From assembly GCA_965204055.1 (NCBI GenBank), contig OZ241967.1:834144-898143 (forward strand): 64,000 bases of DNA, read 5' to 3'. The position numbers were made by a program, and so were the translations under genes. The notes beneath the pieces are model-generated. The model saw nothing but the letters and a program-made list of their open reading frames with translations. It searched no databases and was not told where the DNA came from. This DNA comes from Bdellovibrionales bacterium. GTDB taxonomy: Bacteria; Bdellovibrionota; Bdellovibrionia; Bdellovibrionales; UBA1609. Position 1 is the stretch's first letter. Each line of letters opens with the position of its first letter. Below, one piece after another: positions 54,785 to 61,506 of this stretch.

Positions 54785-56735
54785 CCTGACTTCAGCACAA
54801 CGCAATGCAATAAATGAGTGATTTCCGATATTTACAAATTTTTGGGGGAACACATTTTTAAGATTTAGTTCAAGAAGTGGAGATAAATTTAGACACTCTT
54901 TTAAGACCTAAGGCCTCGTATATGGATCTTATCTCTTGTGTGCTTTTAGAGGGCATACGATAAAGATTTTTGTTTGCGTCCTCTATAAGGCTATATTGAT
55001 CTCTTTTTAAAATCTCTCTCATCTGCCTTATGCTGAAGTTTAATCCTCTTTGTTCCATCCGATACTTCATAGTATAGGAAAGAGAGTAAGCTAAGAAGCA
55101 TATAGCTATATGGGACTCTATTCTTTTCCTCTTCCAATGGTAAATGGGTCTCATCTTAAGGTTGTGTTTGCACACACGAAAAGCCTCTTCTATCTTCCAA
55201 AGTCTCCTGTATCGGGTCAGTATCTCTTGAGGGGTTTGCTCTGTTCTTATGTTGGTTATTACTCCATGCAGACCATCCCACTGACTATCTTCTTTTATCT
55301 TTTGTTCGTTTAATGTAGCTTTTGTCTTTTGAACTGTGACATACTTTTTTGTTCCATAATTAGAGATAAGGCTTTTTATAGGAATTTGGTTTTTCTTTAC
55401 TTTTTTCATCAGTCTTTCAATGAGTCTTAGTCTATCGGACTTGTTCTTCTTGGCTCTCTTCTTAGAGTAGCTGACAATCAGTCTTCTTTCCTTATGCTCA
55501 AACTCCTTTATCCAATGAAACTCATTGGCCACAACAGCGGGTTTAAAGTCTTGGTTTAATATCTCCTCTTTTTTAGTTTTAGAAAGAGTTTTTAGTTTAC
55601 AGGCCACTACATACTGAATACCCTCTTCTTCCATAAGCTTAAGGTTTTTTTCATTAAACATAGCTCTATCAGCGACTAATACCGCCTTTTTAACAGTGAA
55701 TCTTTGTTTTAGCTTTTTCACTGTGGAGATAAGGGTAGAACCTTCGCTTGTGCTTCCTGGAAAAAGCTCATAGCTTAGAGGGTGGCCTTCTTGGTTGGTG
55801 ATAAGGGCTAAGACGACTTGAGTCTCTTTAAACTTTAAGTCTTTGCTAAAGCCGAACTGTCTTAGGTCATCTTCTTCAAAGCTTTCAAAGTAAAGGGTGG
55901 TGACATCAAAGAAGAGGACATCTACTTCTTGGTTAAAGAGGCTGAGGGTGTTTTTAGCTACTGTGTCTTTTACTTGGTCTATTCGGGGGTGAAGTCTATC
56001 CATCATTCGATACATCTGATCTAAGTGCACCTGTTCGTTAAAGTCTTCTTTTAAAGTCTCTACAGTTTTTCTTTTAGAATCAGGATGAGCTACACGAGAA
56101 AGGACGCAGTATTTTAAAATATCGTTCCACTGCTTATCTTTTTTAGTGTTTTGTATGAGAGTGTGGAAGCCTAACTGTTCATAGACAGCCCCACATACTC
56201 CTTTAATGCCATGATGAACACGTGCTTTTTCGTATGGTTTTTTAAGAGAGAAAAGGGAAGGAGACTTGGACTTTTTCTTTTGGTTCTGGTTCTTAGTTTT
56301 TTTGTTTAAAGGATCTTTGCTGTAGATGATCTCAGCCATACCGGGTAAAGCGGGTTGGCGATCATTGCAGAGCTTTATAATCATTCTTTGTGATATTTTT
56401 TCTAAAGAGGAAATGACTTCTGGTTTTGAAGAAGAGCCCACAAAATGTATTGTTTTATGTTTTGTTTTTAAACCTTCTCGGACAGACTCCACAATCCGAA
56501 AGGATTTAATTTTACGGTCTTTGTTTTTCCCTGAGATTTTTGTAGTAACTTTTACAAACATATTTTTACAGTGCCAGAAGAGATATAGGGTGTAAAGGTC
56601 TGGGAGTGGACTACAAGTGGTGTTTTTAGTATATTTTACCCTTCAAAACTACATGAAAACAGCCTGGCGGTGCATCAAAAACCCTAAAAAACATCAAAAT
56701 ATTTTTTTAACACATAGCGTTGTGCTGAAGTCGGG
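54785..56735 (-). mobile_element. IS1634-like (IS4 superfamily) insertion sequence, 1951 bp
   Basis: Terminal IRs CCTGACTTCAGCACAACGCAATG (54785-54807) and the reverse complement of 56713-56735, CCCGACTTCAGCACAACGCTATG (21/23 match). Single transposase ORF. Flanked by the 265-bp direct repeats. Confidence 0.85.
54870..56561 (-). CDS. IS1634/IS4-family DDE transposase
   Basis: 563 aa. N-terminus MFVKVTTKISGKNKDRKIKSFRIVESVREG resembles the IS1634-type start. DDE regions are VLFFDVTTLYFES, VLVADRAM and LWKIEEAFRVCKH. Confidence 0.85.
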   Translation of the reverse strand: MFVKVTTKISGKNKDRKIKSFRIVESVREGLKTKHKTIHFVGSSSKPEVISSLEKISQRMIIKLCNDRQPALPGMAEIIYSKDPLNKKTKNQNQKKKSKSPSLFSLKKPYEKARVHHGIKGVCGAVYEQLGFHTLIQNTKKDKQWNDILKYCVLSRVAHPDSKRKTVETLKEDFNEQVHLDQMYRMMDRLHPRIDQVKDTVAKNTLSLFNQEVDVLFFDVTTLYFESFEEDDLRQFGFSKDLKFKETQVVLALITNQEGHPLSYELFPGSTSEGSTLISTVKKLKQRFTVKKAVLVADRAMFNEKNLKLMEEEGIQYVVACKLKTLSKTKKEEILNQDFKPAVVANEFHWIKEFEHKERRLIVSYSKKRAKKNKSDRLRLIERLMKKVKKNQIPIKSLISNYGTKKYVTVQKTKATLNEQKIKEDSQWDGLHGVITNIRTEQTPQEILTRYRRLWKIEEAFRVCKHNLKMRPIYHWKRKRIESHIAICFLAYSLSYTMKYRMEQRGLNFSIRQMREILKRDQYSLIEDANKNLYRMPSKSTQEIRSIYEALGLKRVSKFISTS

Positions 56736-57000
56736 AGAGAATAAGCGAAAGTTCTATCTCTCTTGAGAGTGGGATAGAAAGTGAAGTATCTGGGCCTACC
56801 TCTGTAGGAACAGGAGTATCAATAGATGAAACCATTGAACTTTCTCATCTGATAGATATTTTAAATGAGCGGTTTGGAACAAGCTTTACACCGGCAGATC
56901 AACTGTTCTTGGATTCCATTAAGGAAGATGCGGTTGCTGATTCTAATTTAAGAGAGGTAGCAATGGCTAATCCGATGGAAAATTTTGGATATATTTTTTT
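56736..57000. repeat. 265-bp direct repeat, copy 2
   Basis: Starts immediately after the right IR and reads identically to 54520-54784. Confidence 0.95.
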
Positions 57001-57027
57001 TAAAAAGCTTGAAGATTTGTTTATAGA

Positions 57028-57151
57028 TAGTCGGTCGTGAAAAAGTATGTTGCAACAAAGTAAACATGGCTTACTTTGTCCTAAAACAGGCGAGATTCCC
57101 GCTCAAGGCGGGAATGACAGCAGGGGTGACAGGGTTTATCACGGGCCACTA
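57028..57151. mobile_element. MITE (124 bp) inserted in the hsdR 3' region
   Basis: TIRs TAGTCGGTCGTGAAAAAG and TTTATCACGGGCCACTA. Internal ATTCCCGCTCAAGGCGGGAATGACAGC (57095-). Removing exactly 57028-57151 rejoins the hsdR frame as ...LEDLFIENRMEQNEDII. Confidence 0.65.
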
Positions 57152-57363
57152 GAATAGAATGGAACAAAACGAAGATATAATAGCTAAGTTTATGAATGAA
57201 AGACAGTTCAAAGATATAGTTGGAAAGCATCTTTTAAAGAAAGTATATGAGCAAATTAGAAAGGAAAATTGCTCTTGATCTTCATATAAAAATGGTCAAA
57301 ACTGCGGTATTTCGCTGTTTTGAAACTTTTTGACAGACTTTAATCTTATGTTATAGTAGGAGT

Positions 57364-57621
57364 ATGGAAAATTTAGAAATTTTATGGCCAGCGGTCACTT
57401 TTCTTGTTCTGTATACAGGTTTTCTTTTTGCAGGTTTTAGCTGGATGCTTAAGTCTCAAATTGATCCTGTTAAAGAATTATTGACTAATCATATCACTGA
57501 TACTAACAAAAAGATCGATGATACTAACAAAAAGATCGATGATACCAACAAAAGGATCGATGTTCTTAGCCAAGAAATGAAAGAAGGTTTTAAAGAAATA
57601 AAAGAGATAGTAAAGAAATAG
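57364..57621 (+). CDS. small membrane-anchored coiled-coil protein with 7-aa repeats
   Basis: N-terminal TM helix WPAVTFLVLYTGFLFAGFSWML, then TDTNKKID DTNKKID DTNKRID. Confidence 0.5.
   Translation: MENLEILWPAVTFLVLYTGFLFAGFSWMLKSQIDPVKELLTNHITDTNKKIDDTNKKIDDTNKRIDVLSQEMKEGFKEIKEIVKK
57499..57561 (+). repeat. 21-bp in-frame tandem repeat x3
   Basis: GATACTAACAAAAAGATCGAT at 57499 and 57520, then GATACCAACAAAAGGATCGAT at 57541. Confidence 0.95.
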
Positions 57622-57662
57622 ACAACAAAACAAAATCAAAATTCCAGTTACAGATTAAAAGC

Positions 57663-58361
57663 TTAAATAACAGGAAGGGTGAATGTAAAAACAGCCCCTT
57701 TTTTATTAGGGTGGTTTTGAGCATAAACTTTTCCGCCATGCGCTTGGATAATTTCCTGGACAATAGTTAATCCTAATCCAGTAGATTTTATTATTTTGTT
57801 CTTTTTTTTCTTTTCTTTGTAAAAAGGCTTAAATATTTTATCTTTATCTTTTGGACTAAGACCTGGTCCTTCATCTATTACTTGTGTTTCAAGATAGCCG
57901 TTTTTTATCTTCCATAAAACTTCTATTGTGCTGTTTTTAGGAGAGTATTCAATGGCGTTTAAAATTAGATTCCACAAAGCTTGTTTGATGTAAAAAGGAT
58001 CAATAGATACTTCTATTTCCTGCTTGGTGGAATAGAACTTTAATATTCTATCTAAAAGGCTTGCTTTTTTTTGCATATCTCCCTTTATGGTTTGAAACCA
58101 TTTGTTCCATTTATGTTGACTTATGTTTAAAGTAGCTTTTGTGCCGACTTTGCTTAAATCCAAAGTGTTAGAAATAAATTGGATCATCCAGTCTACTTCC
58201 TCATCCATAATTTCTATTAGTCTTTTTTCTTTAGGAGATACAACGGTTTTTAACATCTCCACATTGAGTTTAAGAGTAGAAAGAGGGGTCTTAAGCTCGT
58301 GGCTAACGAAACTTAATAGATCCAAGTTAAGGTGTTTTTTTTTACTTATATTTTTATTCAT
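57663..58361 (-). CDS. sensor-less histidine kinase core (HisKA plus HATPase_c)
   Basis: H-box SFVSHELKTPLS, N-box LILNAIEYSP, G-boxes DEGPGL and GLGLTIV. Only 232 aa, with no TM or sensor domain. No response regulator nearby. Confidence 0.8.
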   Translation of the reverse strand: MNKNISKKKHLNLDLLSFVSHELKTPLSTLKLNVEMLKTVVSPKEKRLIEIMDEEVDWMIQFISNTLDLSKVGTKATLNISQHKWNKWFQTIKGDMQKKASLLDRILKFYSTKQEIEVSIDPFYIKQALWNLILNAIEYSPKNSTIEVLWKIKNGYLETQVIDEGPGLSPKDKDKIFKPFYKEKKKKNKIIKSTGLGLTIVQEIIQAHGGKVYAQNHPNKKGAVFTFTLPVI

Positions 58362-58388
58362 TAAAATTCTTTATCATAGGATACTAAA

Positions 58389-60380
58389 TTAAATATTTTT
58401 TTGTATATACTCTAAAACCCTTGGATTAAATTCAAATACAGCTTCTACTTTAAAACCAGAGGAGTAGTTTGGCCTGTCCCTACAGTAGTCACTGCAAAAA
58501 CAAGCTTGATTTTTATCAGGTCCGCAGGTTTTTTTATTGGTTTTTATTTCCACATGGCCATGCTTGCTTCCTGATTGCATAACCACAATAGCTCCTTCTG
58601 GGATCTGAGTTGTGTCATCTTGAAATTTTTTAGCTTGTTCTTCTGATATTTTATTAAACAAGGGAATGTTTTCGATACTGCCATCGTCTTTTTTAATAGG
58701 AAAGGAAGTTAAAGACTGATTTAAAAGATCCCATGCTTCACATTTTTTCCGGACAGATGGGTCTTCAATGTTTTTAAAGCTTTCTTTGTTTTGGCCGTCT
58801 AAGTTAAGAGCACATAGGGCAGAAGGAAATACAAAACTGTTTTTACAAATATTGTTTTTCTCAGAAGGAGAAGTGAATTTGTTCACACATTGGCCGTAAC
58901 TGTCTTTACTTTCGTTTTTTTGGGTGTCTTCACAGTATTTTGTTAAGTATTTATGCACTGTATTCATAATAGCACTTGTTACATGGCGCATACAGTTAGC
59001 TGTAGAATTTCCTATCTCCTTTTTACCAGAGCATTTATTAACAGGAGGGGATTCACTTTTTTTTACCTCACCCCTGGGTTTACACCCTCTTTTGCAGGCA
59101 TCATTGCTCTGGCATTTACAAGTAGAATTATCAAAAACAGTTTCTGAAAAATAATTTATCATGTCTTTGTATGCTGGATTTGGTTCTAAAAGTGTTTGTA
59201 TATTTATTATTTCCTTGAAAGTGGATCCTGTGTTGGTATCGGGGCAGTTATTTTCGTCGCAAACAGGAGCACTGGCCTCCGTTTGCGCAGGTGGGGGCAA
59301 AGAAACTACAGGAGACGGGGTAGAAGTTGTGCTTTTTGCTGACCTTGGAGGTGTATCATCTGCTGTTTGATTTAGCTCTAATTGGGTAGAATTAATTTCC
59401 TTTACTCTGTTCCTAACATTAATACATCCCGCCCAGGACTTCCTTTTTCCTTTACAATATTGGTTGATAATATTTTCTAAAGATTTTTTGTAAGACGCGT
59501 AATCTGCTGGGTTAATAGAAGTTCCTTGGGAAGCCTGATAACATCGTTTAGATAAGGATCGCACTGGGTTAATAGAAATACATTTGTTGTTAAAAACCAC
59601 TCCACATTGAAAGGTGTTTTCGCGGTTTTCGCAATTTCTGCCATAAACTGGACAAACTTTTCTTTTTAATTTTGAAGAATAAGCTGTATCCCTTATTACC
59701 CCTCCAATTAAACATTTTCCAGAGGTAGAGGCTAAGGCAGATGGGATAAGAAAGTTAAAAATCGTAGTTTTTGCTTGAAGAGGGAATAATCCTTCATCAA
59801 CATTTCTTTCAAATTGGAGATAACTTTGTTTTATCTTTTTAATATAGTTTTCACGGGAAGAAGGAGAAAAAGAGCTATAATCACTTGAAGAAAGCAGTTG
59901 GACAGGTTTCCATATTATTTTTGCTTGGAATTTTTTTGAGTTGTCGCCATTTCCTGTTTTTTGCTCCTTATCACATAACTTCAGCATTCTTTTAAACTTT
60001 TTTTGTTTTTTTTTGGAAAGTATTTTTTTACTTAGATTCAAAATCTCTGTTGGTTCAGCAGATTCGTAATAATTATATACACAATACATTATAAAATGCT
60101 CGCCTGAAAAATCCAATACTTTATCGTAAATTTTTACTACTTCTTTTAAAAACTTTTTTCGATTTGTTTGACTGATTTTATTTTTTGACTCTAAAGATTT
60201 TAATTCCTTCATATAATGGCAAATTTTTTGATAAACTGTGTTTTCGTAATTGTTATAGTTTAGGCTTTGCCTTGAAGTTTTTAAATCTGTGATATAAAAA
60301 TCAGGTTTTTTATAAACAGCAGAGTGCGTAGTAGGAAGGAATAGCCCATAGAAAAATAGAATAATACTTAAAAGTTGCAT
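58389..60380 (-). CDS. large secreted Cys-rich protein; C-terminal region possibly a papain-fold amidase
   Basis: Signal peptide MQLLSIILFFYGLFLPTTHSA and more than 35 Cys residues. The C-terminal ~200 aa contain STANCMRHV / SALCALN and PEGAIVVMQSGSKHGHVEI, a Cys...GHV pattern reminiscent of NlpC/P60, CHAP or Tae4-type enzymes. This domain assignment is speculative. Confidence 0.55.
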   Translation of the reverse strand: MQLLSIILFFYGLFLPTTHSAVYKKPDFYITDLKTSRQSLNYNNYENTVYQKICHYMKELKSLESKNKISQTNRKKFLKEVVKIYDKVLDFSGEHFIMYCVYNYYESAEPTEILNLSKKILSKKKQKKFKRMLKLCDKEQKTGNGDNSKKFQAKIIWKPVQLLSSSDYSSFSPSSRENYIKKIKQSYLQFERNVDEGLFPLQAKTTIFNFLIPSALASTSGKCLIGGVIRDTAYSSKLKRKVCPVYGRNCENRENTFQCGVVFNNKCISINPVRSLSKRCYQASQGTSINPADYASYKKSLENIINQYCKGKRKSWAGCINVRNRVKEINSTQLELNQTADDTPPRSAKSTTSTPSPVVSLPPPAQTEASAPVCDENNCPDTNTGSTFKEIINIQTLLEPNPAYKDMINYFSETVFDNSTCKCQSNDACKRGCKPRGEVKKSESPPVNKCSGKKEIGNSTANCMRHVTSAIMNTVHKYLTKYCEDTQKNESKDSYGQCVNKFTSPSEKNNICKNSFVFPSALCALNLDGQNKESFKNIEDPSVRKKCEAWDLLNQSLTSFPIKKDDGSIENIPLFNKISEEQAKKFQDDTTQIPEGAIVVMQSGSKHGHVEIKTNKKTCGPDKNQACFCSDYCRDRPNYSSGFKVEAVFEFNPRVLEYIQKNI

Positions 60381-60466
60381 TTTATAATATTAACATTTTT
60401 TTATATTTTCAGGGTATTTTACAGGTTAATGGATAAAATAAGTAAAGAAATAAAACTAAAGTCTTA

Positions 60467-60915
60467 GTGCTAAATGCTCTTTTTGGTCGCATTCATCACA
60501 GGTCGCTTCTTCCCTTCGAATCCTGCATTATTGAATTAATTTATGGGGTGGCAGGATGTCGCCTACTTTGTTCGTTCGCATCCAGCTCACTCACTGCGCA
60601 GGCCCCCCTCAGTCGCTCAAAAAATCGTCAATGATTTTTTGTCCTGTGCTAAATGCTCTTTTTGGTCGCATTCATCACAGGTCGCTTCTTCCCTTCGAAT
60701 CCTGCATTATTGAATTAATTTATGGGGTGGCAGGATGTCGCCTACTTTGTTCGTTCGCATCCAGCTCACTCACTGCGCAGGCCCCCCTCAGTCGCTCAAA
60801 AAATCGTCAATGATTTTTTGTCCTGTGCTAAATGCTCTTTTTGGTCGCATTCATCACAGGTCGCTTCTTCCCTTCGAATCCTGCATTATTGAATTAATTT
60901 ATGGGGTGGCAGGAT
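60467..60915. repeat. 179-bp perfect tandem repeat, 2.5 copies, each carrying the last 15 nt of tRNA-Gln
   Basis: Units start at 60467, 60646 and 60825 and look identical by eye. ATGGGGTGGCAGGAT (complement of the tRNA 3' end) occurs at 60543, 60722 and 60901. Only the last copy continues into the tRNA body. Confidence 0.95.
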
Positions 60916-60972
60916 TCGAACCTGCGAATGACAGAACCAAAATCTGTTGGCTTACCACTTGCCGACACCCCA
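60901..60972 (-). tRNA. tRNA-Gln (anticodon UUG)
   Basis: Reverse complement is TGGGGTG TC GGCAAGTGGTAAGCC A ACAGA TTTTGGT TCTGT CATTC GCAGG TTCGAAT CCTGC CACCCCA T. The cloverleaf folds by hand and closely parallels the E. coli tRNA-Gln layout. CCA is not encoded. Confidence 0.9.
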
Positions 60973-61088
60973 TTAAGGAAAATATCTGTGATTTTAAAGA
61001 AAAAATCAAGCTTTTTTGCTGTTATTGTCTAAAGGGCAAAAAAGGAGGGGATTAAAACCTCGTTTTATTTCAGAACTTCATTTCAAAA

Positions 61089-61394
61089 TCATATTTCTGG
61101 TTCATTTTTTTTTAAGACCGATCTAGCCTCTAATTGAAATTGATTCAGTTTTTTTTTGTAGGTTTCAAAAACCGCCTCTTGAATCATAGATCTGGTTTTT
61201 TGGTCTAAAGGATGGGCAATATCACGAAAAATATTTTTATATTTTTTGCTGGGCATGGCAATAAACAGTTTATTATCTGTTCGTATTATTTTTAAGTCAT
61301 TCACTATAAAACAGTTGTCAAAAACGATGCTGGCGTAAGCCTTCAATCGCTCTTCATTGGGGACAATAGTGATTCTAACTTCTGTAATTTTCAT
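61089..61394 (-). CDS. spoVG: SpoVG family protein
   Basis: MKITEVRITIVPNEERLKAYASIVFDNCFIVNDLKIIRTDNKLFIAMPS is the classic SpoVG N-terminal domain. Confidence 0.9.
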   Translation of the reverse strand: MKITEVRITIVPNEERLKAYASIVFDNCFIVNDLKIIRTDNKLFIAMPSKKYKNIFRDIAHPLDQKTRSMIQEAVFETYKKKLNQFQLEARSVLKKNEPEI

Positions 61395-61506
61395 TTTTTG
61401 TATTCCTTGATAATGGTCTAATTTATAAAATATTGTTACACTTATCGGAAAGAAATCCAGGAAATTTTACTTTTTTATTCTCACCTTCCCCTAACCTAAA
61501 GGCGGG

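Larger units (their letters stand above)
53733..57278 (+). pseudogene. hsdR: type I restriction enzyme HsdR, fragmented remnant
   Basis: N-terminal 42 codons at 53733-53861 (VSDNTKEIAFEKAIEWHLLNKGGY...MDPEF*). C-terminal pieces at 54433-54784, 56736-57027 and 57152-57278 (...ILNERFGTSFTPADQLFLDSIKEDAV...NPMENFGYIFFKKLEDLFI / NRMEQNEDIIAKFMNERQFKDIVGKHLLKKVYEQI). The helicase/nuclease core is absent. It is interrupted by IS200/IS605, an IS1634-like element and a MITE. Confidence 0.7.

Noticed and set aside
54366-54821. 151-aa ORF treated as an independent gene.
   Set aside because: Its first ~22 codons read through the IS200/IS605 right end (including the hairpin). The rest is the C-terminal hsdR fragment, and the last 13 codons run into the IS1634-like left IR. 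It is a chimeric pseudogene fragment.
60556-61055. Two track ORFs (85 and 106 aa) with identical N-termini, MSPTLFVRIQLTHCAGPPQS...
   Set aside because: They are translations of the 179-bp tandem repeat, and the second runs antisense through the tRNA-Gln gene. Their identity merely reflects the DNA repeat. No RBS is present.
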